This document shows, one piece after another, positions 55,088 to 64,000 of a stretch of 64,000 nucleotides of DNA. Under the pieces are notes generated by a model. It made no database searches. It was given only the letters and a program-made list of their open reading frames with translations, and was not told where the DNA came from. Source of the stretch: Candidatus Omnitrophota bacterium (GTDB lineage Bacteria; Omnitrophota; Omnitrophia; Omnitrophales; Aquincolibacteriaceae); the NCBI GenBank assembly GCA_035368605.1, contig DAOSLF010000003.1, forward strand, positions 889-64,888, in the 5' to 3' direction. The position numbers and the translations under genes are program-made. Position 1 is the stretch's first letter. Each line of letters begins with the position of its first letter.

Positions 55088-55846
55088 CTAGTAGAAAACC
55101 TTTATCAGGGTGAGCCCGCAGGAGGGTATTGTTTGCCCGGAAAAACAGCGGGATTTCGCCTTTAGCATGGAAGGGATATCGGAGGGTTGACGTTTCCCCC
55201 TCCCTACTTCGAGAAGGGTCCCCATAATGTTGCGGACCATGTGATAGAGAAAGCCGTCGCCTTCAAAGCGGAAGACCAGAAGACCATTCTCCTTTTTGAT
55301 CCGGATGGGCCTGAGCGTCCTGGTAAAGCTGACTTTCCTGGAACTTCTGCCTTTAAGAACGGCCGCCTCTGAAGTGAAGGACCGGAAGTCGTGACGACCG
55401 GACAGATGTCTCGCGGCTTTACGCATCGCGGCAAGGTCCAAGCGGAACGGAACGTGGTAGGCTCGGCCGGCAAGGAGGGGCGCGCGAAAAGGGCTGTTCC
55501 AGACGCGATATTCATAAACTTTGGACCGGGCACTGTAGCGCGCGTGAAAATCCGCTGGAACTTCCACGGCTGACTTTACAACGATGGCGGACGGGAGATA
55601 GGCATTCACGCCCCTCTGGATATGCGAAAGCTCGCGTCCGCTGCCGGTCCTGAAATTGACGACCTGCCCTTCCGCGTGAACGCCGGTATCCGTGCGACCG
55701 CTCGCGGCGGAGATCTTCACCGGATGGTCGAAAAACGCGGAAAGGGCCTTTTCGAGGGCTTCCTGGACCGTCGGCTTGCCGGGCTGGCGCTGAAATCCGA
55801 AAAACGCGGCGCCGTCGTATTCCAATACCAGTTTGATGTTTCTCAT
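55088..55846 (-). CDS. truA: tRNA pseudouridine(38-40) synthase
   Basis: MRNIKLVLEYDGAAFFGFQRQ...RTDTGVHAEGQV is the TruA catalytic Asp region. Confidence 0.9.
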   Translation of the reverse strand: MRNIKLVLEYDGAAFFGFQRQPGKPTVQEALEKALSAFFDHPVKISAASGRTDTGVHAEGQVVNFRTGSGRELSHIQRGVNAYLPSAIVVKSAVEVPADFHARYSARSKVYEYRVWNSPFRAPLLAGRAYHVPFRLDLAAMRKAARHLSGRHDFRSFTSEAAVLKGRSSRKVSFTRTLRPIRIKKENGLLVFRFEGDGFLYHMVRNIMGTLLEVGRGKRQPSDIPSMLKAKSRCFSGQTIPSCGLTLIKVFY

Positions 55847-55894
55847 ATTGTTGCGGGAAGCGCGGGGAAAATTTCGATCTGGCTATTCCACACT

Positions 55895-56911
55895 TTACGC
55901 TAACCGCCAGTCCTTAAAAAGAACTTCCGCAATCTGGACCGCGTTCGTCGCCGCGCCTTTACGGATCTGGTCGCCGGAGACGAACATCGCCAGCCCGTTC
56001 GTCACGCTTGAATCGACGCGCAGTCGGCCGACATGGATATCGTCCTGACCCGTCGTTTCAAGCGGCATCGGGAAATAATTCCTCTCGCGGTCGTCAACGA
56101 TCTTCACGCCCGGCGCTTTCGCGAGAAGGACGCGTGCGTCATCCGGCGTGATGGGTTTTTCGGTCTCGATATGCAGCGCTTCGGAATGCGCCCGGAGTAC
56201 CGGAACACGCACACAGGTCGCCGAGATCCGGATATCGGAATCGTGGAAGATCTTTTTGGTCTCCTTGATCATCTTGGTCTCTTCCTCGTTGTAGCCGTCG
56301 GGCCCGATCCCGGAGTTGTGCGAGAATACGTTGAATGCGATCTGGTGCGGCAGGACATTTTTCTGAACGGGACGTCCCGCCAGGAAATCCCGGGCCTGGA
56401 TCCGGAGCTCTTCCATCGCCTTCGCGCCGGCACCGCTCGCGGCCTGATAGGTCACTGCGACAAAGCGCTTGATCTTCACGGCCTTGTGGATCGGCCAAAG
56501 CGGAACAAGTGCGATGATCGTGGAGCAGTTCGGGTTCGCGATGATCCCTTTGTGCTTCGCAATGTCCTCGGGGTTGATCTCAGGGATCACAAGCGGAACC
56601 TCCGGATCCATCCGGAACGCGCTTGTGTTATCCACGACCACCGCGCCCGCCTTCACGGCGTACGGCGCGAGGGCTTTCGAGATCGATCCGCCCGCACTCG
56701 CGAACACGAGGTCGATTCCCTCGAAAGAATCCGGTGTCGCTTCTTCGATCTTGTACGTCTTCCCCATGAATTTCTGCTCTTTCCCCGCCGAACGACCGGA
56801 CGCGAGCAGTTTGAGCGACGCGAACGGGAACTTTCGTTCCTCAAGGATGGCCAAAAGTTCCTGACCGACAGCGCCGGTGACGCCGAGAATTGCAATATCG
56901 GGTTTTTTCAT
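55895..56911 (-). CDS. asd: aspartate-semialdehyde dehydrogenase
   Basis: MKKPDIAILGVTGAVGQELL... N-terminal Rossmann segment, the catalytic Cys region (NPNCSTI) and full-length Asd similarity. Confidence 0.9.
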   Translation of the reverse strand: MKKPDIAILGVTGAVGQELLAILEERKFPFASLKLLASGRSAGKEQKFMGKTYKIEEATPDSFEGIDLVFASAGGSISKALAPYAVKAGAVVVDNTSAFRMDPEVPLVIPEINPEDIAKHKGIIANPNCSTIIALVPLWPIHKAVKIKRFVAVTYQAASGAGAKAMEELRIQARDFLAGRPVQKNVLPHQIAFNVFSHNSGIGPDGYNEEETKMIKETKKIFHDSDIRISATCVRVPVLRAHSEALHIETEKPITPDDARVLLAKAPGVKIVDDRERNYFPMPLETTGQDDIHVGRLRVDSSVTNGLAMFVSGDQIRKGAATNAVQIAEVLFKDWRLA

Positions 56912-57118
56912 ATTAACGCACAGCGTAGAGCGTTTGGCGCTCGGGATTCAGCATCCGCCACGGCACGCTCCCCGCCTCCTTTATCAGTTATTCAGCGATT
57001 CTGCTTTCACCGAAACCCAAATCGACGCTGATTCGGCATTGAGCTTCCATTTCACGAAGGAATCCGCGGGCGATCGACAAGAAATGGCTCTGTTCTTTTA
57101 TAAAACTTCGCCCGCCCC

Positions 57119-58201
57119 CTACGATATACGTTCCGTTACAAGATCACCCATTTTCACACAACCGACCCTGGTCGTGCCTTCCGCGTAAATATCCGCGGTG
57201 CGATAGCCGTCGGCAAGGACCTTCTCGACCGCCGCCTCGATCGCGCGCGCGGCCTTCGGCTGGTCAAAACTGTGTTCCATCATCATCGCGACCGAGAGGA
57301 TCGTCGCGAGAGGATTCGCGATGTCCTTGCCCGCGATGTCGGGCGCCGAACCGTGTACCGGTTCGTACATCGCCACCTTGTCGCCGACCGAAGCCGACGG
57401 CAGCATCCCGATCGAGCCCGTGAGCATCGCGGATTCGTCGCTCAGGATGTCCCCGAAGAGATTGCTTGTGACGATCACGTCGAACTGTTTCGGGTCGCGG
57501 ATCAGCTGCATCGCGCAATCATCCACATAACGATGTGAGAGTTCGACATCCGGGAAACCATTCGCAACCTCGATCACCACCTTGCGCCAGAGCTGACTCA
57601 CGTCGAGGACATTGGCCTTGTCAACCGAAGTCACTTTTTTCCGCCGCTTCCGGGCGAATTCGAAGGCCCTCCGCGCGATCCGCGCGATTTCAGGCGTCGT
57701 GTAGCTCATCGTATTGAAACCCCGCTCCGTGCCGTCGGGAAGTTTTTCGATCCCGCGAGGCGAACCGAAATAAACGCCGCTCACGAGCTCTCGCAGGATG
57801 ATGAAATCGAGGCCCTCGACGATCTCTTCCCTGATCGGCGAACGGGATGCGAGCTGCGGGAACATCTTCACGGGACGGACGTTCGCATAGGCGTTAAGCC
57901 CCTTGCGGAGCCCGAGCAATCCTTTTTCCGGACGCTTATCCGAGGGCAGGCTGTCCCATTTCGGGCCGCCGACCGCGCCGAGAAAAACCGCGTCGGCTTT
58001 CTGGGCCTTCGCAAGGGTCTCGGGCGTGAGAGGGACGCCAAATTGATCGATGGAAGCACCACCGGCCAGAAGTTCCTCGGTCTCGAATCTGAGACCGGTC
58101 TTGGGCTCGACCTTCCGCAGGACCTTCATGGCCTGCGCCGTTACTTCGACTCCGATACCGTCACCGGGAAATACTGCTATTTTGTACATGGGATGGGTCA
58201 C
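57119..58201 (-). CDS. leuB: 3-isopropylmalate dehydrogenase
   Basis: [16 protein letters not shown]..., the [11 protein letters not shown] motif and GSAPDIAGK are LeuB-type signatures of the isocitrate/isopropylmalate DH family. Confidence 0.85.
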   Translation of the reverse strand: MTHPMYKIAVFPGDGIGVEVTAQAMKVLRKVEPKTGLRFETEELLAGGASIDQFGVPLTPETLAKAQKADAVFLGAVGGPKWDSLPSDKRPEKGLLGLRKGLNAYANVRPVKMFPQLASRSPIREEIVEGLDFIILRELVSGVYFGSPRGIEKLPDGTERGFNTMSYTTPEIARIARRAFEFARKRRKKVTSVDKANVLDVSQLWRKVVIEVANGFPDVELSHRYVDDCAMQLIRDPKQFDVIVTSNLFGDILSDESAMLTGSIGMLPSASVGDKVAMYEPVHGSAPDIAGKDIANPLATILSVAMMMEHSFDQPKAARAIEAAVEKVLADGYRTADIYAEGTTRVGCVKMGDLVTERIS

Positions 58202-58228
58202 CTTTCGAGCGTGGACTCTTTAAAACGC

Positions 58229-59698
58229 TCAGACCTTGCTGATCTTGAAATGCCTGCGTTTGACACTTTCGTAGATTTTGGAATATTTCTTCGCGGTCGA
58301 GGACCAGGAGAAGTCACTTTCCATGGCATTCTTCACGAGTGTTCTCCACGGCTTATCCTGCCGGAAAACCGTGACCGCCCCGGCGACCGCGTCCGAGAGA
58401 GCCTCGACCGTGTAATCCTCGAAAACAAACCCGTTTCCCTTACCGGACTCCGCGTCAAACGGCTCCAGAGCGTCGGCAAGGCCACCGGTCGCGCGGGCGA
58501 CCGGCACCGCCCCGTAGCGGAGGCCGATGATGTGCCCGAGCCCCGCGGGCTCGTGATAGGCCGGAAAAAGAAGCATGTCGGCCCCGGCATAGATCCGTTT
58601 CGCCATCCTGGGGTCGAAAAGGATATGCACGCTCAGCCATTTCTTGTTGCGCCTGGCCAGATCACGCAGAATCTGATGATACCGTTCCTCGCCGGTCCCG
58701 AGCAGGACACACTGGACACCCAGACCGGCCATTTTTTCGAAAGCCGGGATCAGGATATCGAGCCCCTTCTGCGCCGTGAGGTGGGACACGAAACCGATCA
58801 GGGGCACAGCCTCATCCGCGGCGAAACCATTTTCCTTCTGGAGCACCGTTTTGTTGACCTTTTTCCCGGAAGCGGCAGCGGCGCTGAAATTCGCCTCGAT
58901 CTCTTTATCGGTCGCCGGATCCCATTCCGCGGGATCGATCCCGTTCAGGACTCCCGTCACGGTCTCCTTTCGCGCGGCGATCACCCCTTCCATCCCGCAG
59001 CCGAATTCTTTCTTCTGGATCTCGCGACTGTAATGTTCGGACGCAGCCACCACGCGATCGGCGAACACGAGCCCGCCTTTGAGGAAACTGAACTTGCTGT
59101 AGAACTCAAGAAGGTCCGACTTGTAAAACTCCCATCCGAACCCGGTGGACGGAAAAGAGTCGGGCGGGAAATTTCCCTGGTAAGCGAGGTTGTGGACCGT
59201 GAAGACACTTCGCGCTTTCGCGAACGGGGCGTAGCCGGTCTCGATCGACTTGATATAGACCGGAATCAGACCCGTCTGCCAATCATGACAGTGGATGATC
59301 TCGGGGCTCAGCTTGAGCTGCTCGATGGCCTTGAGGGTCGCTCGCTGAAAATACGTGAACCGCCGGTCATTATCCTGGTAATCCCCGATCGCGTTGCCGT
59401 AGAGCTCGTCCCGCTGGAAATAATCAGGATGCTCGATAAAGTAGACCTTGATCCCGTTATCGAGCTTCTTGTAGAAGACCCGGGTCGCTTCGAGGGTATT
59501 GCCGATTATCACCTCGAAATAATTGATCGCGATCTCGAGACCCAGCCTGCGAATATCGACGCATTTGTAGCGGGGCATGAATACCGTAACATCGTGACCT
59601 TCCGCGCGGACGGCGGCTGTCAGAGAAGCGAGGGTATCCCCCAATCCCCCCGTTCGTGCGAACGGGGAGATCTCGGACGTAACGAAGAGAATCTTCAC
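58229..59698 (-). CDS. glgA: glycogen (starch) synthase, GT5
   Basis: (GTG start) KILFVTSEISPFARTGGLGDTLASL... is the K-x-GGL motif of GlgA, with full-length similarity. Confidence 0.9.
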   Translation of the reverse strand: MKILFVTSEISPFARTGGLGDTLASLTAAVRAEGHDVTVFMPRYKCVDIRRLGLEIAINYFEVIIGNTLEATRVFYKKLDNGIKVYFIEHPDYFQRDELYGNAIGDYQDNDRRFTYFQRATLKAIEQLKLSPEIIHCHDWQTGLIPVYIKSIETGYAPFAKARSVFTVHNLAYQGNFPPDSFPSTGFGWEFYKSDLLEFYSKFSFLKGGLVFADRVVAASEHYSREIQKKEFGCGMEGVIAARKETVTGVLNGIDPAEWDPATDKEIEANFSAAAASGKKVNKTVLQKENGFAADEAVPLIGFVSHLTAQKGLDILIPAFEKMAGLGVQCVLLGTGEERYHQILRDLARRNKKWLSVHILFDPRMAKRIYAGADMLLFPAYHEPAGLGHIIGLRYGAVPVARATGGLADALEPFDAESGKGNGFVFEDYTVEALSDAVAGAVTVFRQDKPWRTLVKNAMESDFSWSSTAKKYSKIYESVKRRHFKISKV

Positions 59699-59736
59699 AA
59701 GACTTTTGAGGACGGGTACCGGAACTTCGTGATGGC

Positions 59737-60069
59737 TTAACGGACCTGAAGAACGCAGTTCCAGCTGCCGAAGGCGTTCGGAACGCGCTCGCCGGCCTCC
59801 TGGGCATCCTGCCAGTCACCGTCGACCAGATAGCGGTACTCATAGCGGCCCAGACCAAGCACGACGGAGGCTTTCCAGTTGCCGTTCGCGTCCTTTTTCA
59901 GGGGCGTTTTCCCGGGATTCCAGCCGTTAAAACTCCCGCCAACGGAAACTTTCTTCGCTTGCGGAGCATAGAACTTGAATTCGACGGTCTTGTCGCAGGA
60001 TTTGGAACAGGTCTGGGAAACGGATTTAGCGGGTTTTTTGACGGAAATTTTGGTTGATGGTCTCGACAT
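59737..60069 (-). CDS. small CBM48-like (glycogen-binding, E-set) domain protein
   Basis: 110 aa. VEFKFYAPQAKKVSVGGSFNGWN...KKDANGNWKASVVLGLGRYEYRYLVDGDW matches the AMPK-beta/isoamylase-N CBM48 pattern (G.FN.W, Y.Y...DG.W). GAAGGAG SD. Confidence 0.65.
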   Translation of the reverse strand: MSRPSTKISVKKPAKSVSQTCSKSCDKTVEFKFYAPQAKKVSVGGSFNGWNPGKTPLKKDANGNWKASVVLGLGRYEYRYLVDGDWQDAQEAGERVPNAFGSWNCVLQVR

Positions 60070-60163
60070 GATAGAAACTCCTTCTGATTGTCTGGCTGGT
60101 TAGTTCACATTCCGTAGATCAAATGACGCGGAAGTGGGGGCAGTATATATCAGAAAAAACAAC

Positions 60164-60191
60164 TTGCCAAGAAGCATCTGGCCCATATAAT
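60164..60191 (+). promoter_or_regulatory. putative sigma70 promoter of rpmB (TTGCCA-16-TATAAT), very short leader
   Basis: TTGCCAagaagcatctggcccaTATAAT. The rpmB ATG lies 10 nt after the -10, so the leader is 3-5 nt and there is no SD. Confidence 0.5.
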
Positions 60192-60200
60192 ACCGCCTCT

Positions 60201-60464
60201 ATGAAAATCTGCGTCATCTGCAATAAGAAGCCGATTGTCGGCAATACTATCGCTCGCCGTGGTCTTCCTAAAAAGACCGGCGGTATCGGTGTCAAGACTA
60301 CCGGCATTTCCCGCCGTCGCTTCATGCCGAACCTCCAGAGGGTCAAGATCAGGTTCCCGAACGGAACGGTGCGGCGCGTCAACGTTTGCGCCAGCTGTCT
60401 CCAGTCGGGCAAGGTCACCAAGGCGCCCGTTCGGCGGAAAACCGAAGTCCAGGCGGGCGCTTAA
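60201..60464 (+). CDS. rpmB: 50S ribosomal protein L28
   Basis: MKICVICNKKPIVGNTIARRGL...RRRFMPNLQRVKI...CASCL matches the L28 family with a four-Cys zinc ribbon. The ORF-track N-terminal extension is discarded. Confidence 0.8.
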   Translation: MKICVICNKKPIVGNTIARRGLPKKTGGIGVKTTGISRRRFMPNLQRVKIRFPNGTVRRVNVCASCLQSGKVTKAPVRRKTEVQAGA

Positions 60465-62110
60465 TCCGGGTCCGCCGGCTCCTTCATTTCCTTCGCGTCC
60501 AGGCTGAGTGTTTCTATGCCGTTCCAGACCCTGGTCTTCACGGTATAGGCAAAATCGTATTTCGACCCCGGACGTGCCGTGGCGAGTCGGAACATTTGCT
60601 TTTCATTGATGAGGGCGGGATAGTTCGCTGATCCGTCGCCGACCACGATCTCGTAAGTTTCCCCGTAGATTTTCCTGGGTCTGGTTTTGACCGAAAGTCC
60701 CCGCGTCAGGAATACCGGCCGCGGGTTCCCCACCCCGAAAGGTTCCAGCAATTCCAGTTCACGGAGAAACACCGTCGTGAGGTCTCCGAATCCGATCTCG
60801 AGATCAACCGGGACTTTCCTGACCATGATCGCGGGGTCCAGGTTCTCAAGGGCATAGGCGTTGATCTCCTCGCGGAACGCCTTGAGATTCCCCGCCCGGA
60901 TCGAAAGCCCCGCCGCCTGTTCGTGTCCGCCGAATTCCTCCAGAAGTCCGGCGCAGGATTGAAGGGCGTTGAATAAATGAAATCCTTTGATCGAGCGCCC
61001 TGAACCCTTGCCTTTGTCACCCTCGACAGCAATGACGATCGCGGGCCGGCAGTATTTCTCGACAAGCCGCGACGCCACGATCCCGATGACGCCCTGATGC
61101 CATCCTTCTCCGGCCGCAACGATGATACGGTCCCGGTTGAAATTAACCGTCCGTTCGACCTTCGCGATCGCTTCTTTCGTGATCTCCCGTTCCTGCTGCT
61201 GCCGGGCCCGGTTCTCCTCGTTCAGGATATTCGCGAGGCTCATCGCCTCCCGTTGCGAATCCGTCAGGAGAAGCCTGAGCGCGGTATCCGGGGAACTCAT
61301 CCTGCCGGCCGCGTTGATCCGGGGGCCCAGGATGAATCCCACATGACCGGTATCGATCTTTTGGCTCCTGATCTTCGCGACCTCGGCCAGGCATTTAACC
61401 CCCATCCGCCGGCGCGCAGAAAGTTCCGCGAGCCCGCATCGAACAAGCGCGCGATTCTCGGAAACGAGCGGCGCGATATCGCTGATCGTCGAGATCGCAA
61501 CAAGGTCCAGGAGCGCGATCGACTCTTCCCCGATCATCGCCTGCGCGAGCTTGAAGGCAAGACCCGCCGCCGAAAGCTCCTTGAAGGGATAAACACAATC
61601 TTCCTGGAGCGGGTTCAGGATCAGGTGCGTGTCGGGAAGTCCCTCCGGCGGCAGCCGGTGGTGGTCGATCACGATCACCTCCATCCCGAGGCTCCGCGCG
61701 AGGCGGATTTCCTCCCGGGCCGTGATCCCGCAATCAATCGTGATAACGAGTTTCGCGCCTTCCCTGTGCGCCTTGAGGATCGCTTCTTCGCTCACGCCGT
61801 AACCGTGCCGCTCCCTTTCGGGAAGGAACGTCAGGAAATCACCGCCGAGCTTTTCAAGGACCTTGACCATGACCGCGACGCCGGTAATGCCATCTGCGTC
61901 ATAATCCCCGTGCAGGAGCATCCGTTCCTTTTTCCGGATCGCCTCTTCGAGGCGCGATTTCACCTCTCGCATATTTTTCATCAGAAACGGATCGTGCAGA
62001 GCGGAAAGATCGGCGGAAAGGAAACTTTCGATGGCGGCAGAATCCGTCAGCCCACGCCCGGCAAGAAGCCTGAGAAAAGCAGGAGAATAGTTTTTTATCC
62101 GTTCCGCCAT
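60461..62110 (-). CDS. recJ: single-stranded-DNA-specific exonuclease RecJ
   Basis: DHH family motifs (LLHGDYDADGITG, DHH at ...IVIDHH...) and a DHHA1 region. 549 aa. Confidence 0.9.
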   Translation of the reverse strand: MAERIKNYSPAFLRLLAGRGLTDSAAIESFLSADLSALHDPFLMKNMREVKSRLEEAIRKKERMLLHGDYDADGITGVAVMVKVLEKLGGDFLTFLPERERHGYGVSEEAILKAHREGAKLVITIDCGITAREEIRLARSLGMEVIVIDHHRLPPEGLPDTHLILNPLQEDCVYPFKELSAAGLAFKLAQAMIGEESIALLDLVAISTISDIAPLVSENRALVRCGLAELSARRRMGVKCLAEVAKIRSQKIDTGHVGFILGPRINAAGRMSSPDTALRLLLTDSQREAMSLANILNEENRARQQQEREITKEAIAKVERTVNFNRDRIIVAAGEGWHQGVIGIVASRLVEKYCRPAIVIAVEGDKGKGSGRSIKGFHLFNALQSCAGLLEEFGGHEQAAGLSIRAGNLKAFREEINAYALENLDPAIMVRKVPVDLEIGFGDLTTVFLRELELLEPFGVGNPRPVFLTRGLSVKTRPRKIYGETYEIVVGDGSANYPALINEKQMFRLATARPGSKYDFAYTVKTRVWNGIETLSLDAKEMKEPADPD

Positions 62111-62123
62111 AACTTCACCCTGA

Positions 62124-62171
62124 CAAAAAAAGAGGACAGGCCGACATCCAGGGGAAACCGGCCTGCCCTCT
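62124..62171 (-). terminator. rho-independent terminator after secDF
   Basis: Minus-strand RNA: agagggcaggccg-15 nt loop-cggccugucc ucu (13-bp stem, 1 mismatch) followed by U7. Located between the secDF stop and the recJ start. Confidence 0.65.
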
Positions 62172-62207
62172 TCGAATGCTCCAAACTTACCACTTACAGC
62201 TTATCGC

Positions 62208-64000
62208 TTATTTATGCGCCTTCCAGTCCACCACAAGCGCCGTCGCGATAAAGATCGTCGAATAGATACCGACGCCGAACCCGACCAGCATCGCGAACGC
62301 AAAGTCGTTGATGCTCGATCCGCCAAAGAGGAACAGCGCCAGGGTCGCGAGGATCGTCGTGAAGCTCGTGAGGAACGTCCGGCTCAGCGTCTGGTTGATG
62401 CTGAGGTTCACGATTTCCGCGAACGGGGTCTTGCGCATCAGTTTTATGTTGTCGCGGACGCGGTCGAACGTCACAATCGTGTCATTGACCGAAAAACCCA
62501 TGATCGTCAGAACCGCCGCAATCGTGGGCAGGTTGATCTCGCGCCCGGAGAGCGCATACACACCGAACGTGAATATCGTATCGTGCATGATAGCGATCAC
62601 GGCCGCCAGCGAGAACTTCCATTCAAAGCGGAGCGCCAGATAAACGAGAATCCCGATCGCGGACCACAAAACCGCCCAAAGGGCTTTTTTTGTAAGGTCC
62701 TTGCTGACCGAAGGTCCCACATGATCAACACGAAGGATCTCGTAGCCTTTGTCACCGGCAAAGTTTTTGATCGCGGTTTCCACCTTCTGGGCCTCATTCC
62801 CGGCGATCCTGATGATGTACTGGTTGTCCTTAGTCTCGCCATACCGCTGGAGCGTGATGCTTTTCAGGTCTTCCTCCTCAAGCGCATCCCGGACCGCGCC
62901 GGCATCGACCGCATTCCTGAAACCGACCTGGACCAGTGTCCCGCCGGTGAATTCCACGCCATAATTTTGACCGCCCCGCATCGCGAATGCCGCGATCCCG
63001 ATCCCGAGCGTGATAATCGAGAACCCGTACGCCCAGACACGCCCCTTCAGGAACTGGATATTCGTTTTTTTGAAGAACTGATGCATGCGAAGGTTGAGGT
63101 TCGGGTTTCTCTTTGAAAGGAAATCAAAGATGACCCGCGTCACGACAATGGCGGAGAACATGCTGGCAATGATACCGATGGACAGCGTCACCGCGAACCC
63201 CTGCACCGGGCCCGTCCCGAATATGAACAGAAGAACCGACGTGATAAGCGTCGTCACGTTCGAATCAAGGATGGCCGAAAACGCCTTGTGATACCCCGCC
63301 GAAATGGCGGCCTTGGAACCCTTCCCCATCGCGACCTCTTCGCGCATCCGCTCCGAGATGAGGACGTTCGCGTCGACGGCCATCCCGACCGAGAGGATAA
63401 AGCCGGCGATACCGGGAAGCGTCAGCGTTGCGCCAAGCGCCCCGAGCGAACCGACCATGAAGATGATATAGAAAGTAAGGCCAATCACCGCCACAACCCC
63501 CGAGAGGAGGTAATAGATCGGCATAAAAAGGAAAATAAAAAGAACGCCCAAAAGACCCGCCCTGACGCCCTTTTCGATCGAATCTTTTCCAAGCCCCGGA
63601 CCGACCGTCCGCTCTTCGACGATACTCACGGGCGCGGGCAGGGCGCCGGCGCGGAGTACGAGCGCGAGATCGCTTGCTTCGGCGGCCTTGAAGTTCCCGG
63701 ATATCTGGGCCTTGCCGTTCGGAATCCTGTCGCGGATCACCGGCGCGGAATGCACCGTGCCATCCAGCACGATCGCGAGACGCTTGCCGATATTCTGGAA
63801 CGTGGCCCTGTCGAAAATCTTCGCGCCCTCGTCGTCAAAACTCAGCTGAACGATGGCCTGCCCGTAATTGTCAAAACCCACGGACGCGGTCGTCAGATGC
63901 CCGCCGGTGAGGATCGCCTCTTTGGAGAGAAGGACCATATCCTCCGCCATGTCGGATTTGACCTTTTTATATTCATACCCTTCCGGCACCTGTCCTTCCG
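62208..64000 (-). CDS. secDF: protein translocase subunit SecDF (fused), partial: N-terminus beyond window end
   Basis: SecD periplasmic and TM regions (…LAIVLDGTVHSAPVIRDRI…), and a SecF-like C-terminal TM bundle. The frame is open to the window edge. Confidence 0.85.
   Translation of the reverse strand, partial: EGQVPEGYEYKKVKSDMAEDMVLLSKEAILTGGHLTTASVGFDNYGQAIVQLSFDDEGAKIFDRATFQNIGKRLAIVLDGTVHSAPVIRDRIPNGKAQISGNFKAAEASDLALVLRAGALPAPVSIVEERTVGPGLGKDSIEKGVRAGLLGVLFIFLFMPIYYLLSGVVAVIGLTFYIIFMVGSLGALGATLTLPGIAGFILSVGMAVDANVLISERMREEVAMGKGSKAAISAGYHKAFSAILDSNVTTLITSVLLFIFGTGPVQGFAVTLSIGIIASMFSAIVVTRVIFDFLSKRNPNLNLRMHQFFKKTNIQFLKGRVWAYGFSIITLGIGIAAFAMRGGQNYGVEFTGGTLVQVGFRNAVDAGAVRDALEEEDLKSITLQRYGETKDNQYIIRIAGNEAQKVETAIKNFAGDKGYEILRVDHVGPSVSKDLTKKALWAVLWSAIGILVYLALRFEWKFSLAAVIAIMHDTIFTFGVYALSGREINLPTIAAVLTIMGFSVNDTIVTFDRVRDNIKLMRKTPFAEIVNLSINQTLSRTFLTSFTTILATLALFLFGGSSINDFAFAMLVGFGVGIYSTIFIATALVVDWKAHK

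Noticed and set aside
56912-57118. Possible 13-codon uORF (MLNPERQTLYAVR) with AAGGAGG SD overlapping the asd start
   Set aside because: The SD is 20 nt from the ATG (too far). The peptide has no attenuator-like codon bias (no Lys/Thr/Met runs). Speculative.
1-64000. Mobile elements, CRISPR arrays, tRNA/rRNA genes, toxin-antitoxin or restriction-modification genes
   Set aside because: No transposase/integrase-like ORFs, no regularly spaced direct repeats with spacers, and no cloverleaf-capable intergenic segments were seen. The only repeats are the two palindromic element families, the intragenic 888-bp tandem units and the dnaJ-leader heptamers.

Overview
High-GC (~60%) bacterial chromosomal segment of 64 kb. 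About 40 of 46 genes lie on the minus strand, so the window is almost co-directional. Most of it is clearly housekeeping:
- heat-shock genes hrcA-grpE-dnaJ, with no dnaK between grpE and dnaJ
- an FtsH-like protease, uvrA, dapF-dapA-dapB
- a complete argC-argJ-argB-argD-argF-argG-argH-lysA operon
- rnc, rplM-rpsI, truA, asd, leuB, glgA, rpmB, recJ, and a fused secDF that runs off the right edge.

The accessory content is the more interesting part.
1. A giant gene (more than 2,750 codons) runs off the left edge on the minus strand. It encodes a signal-anchored protein with a parallel beta-helix region, a glucoamylase-like alpha/alpha region and C-terminal YD/RHS-type repeats.
2. A 1,587-aa surface protein (CBM4/9-like N-terminus, DUF11 and SdrD-B-like repeats, large C-terminal beta-barrel ending in Phe) is translationally coupled to a 524-aa outer-membrane beta-barrel gene.
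3. A 1,380-aa secreted beta-propeller-repeat protein contains two essentially identical 888-bp tandem repeat units plus diverged copies.
4. A homospermidine synthase plus a fold-III ornithine/lysine decarboxylase form a polyamine module between the dap and arg clusters.
5. A tandem pair of small secreted paralogs share a K-L-A-F-G-L-x-N-x-x-x-G-W motif.
6. Two families of short palindromic repeat elements occur twice each. One is a 43-nt hairpin with a compensatory stem substitution, sitting at gene ends. The other is a 24-nt element with a perfect 8-3-8 palindrome, once in the dapA-dapB intercistronic region and once inside a coding sequence.

Several near-consensus sigma70 promoters and hairpin terminators were readable. 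No tRNA/rRNA genes, CRISPR arrays, transposases or integrases were seen. The ORF track translates GTG/TTG starts as M, and starts were adjusted where an internal ATG with an SD fits better. Coordinates I derived by hand may be off by 1-2 nt.
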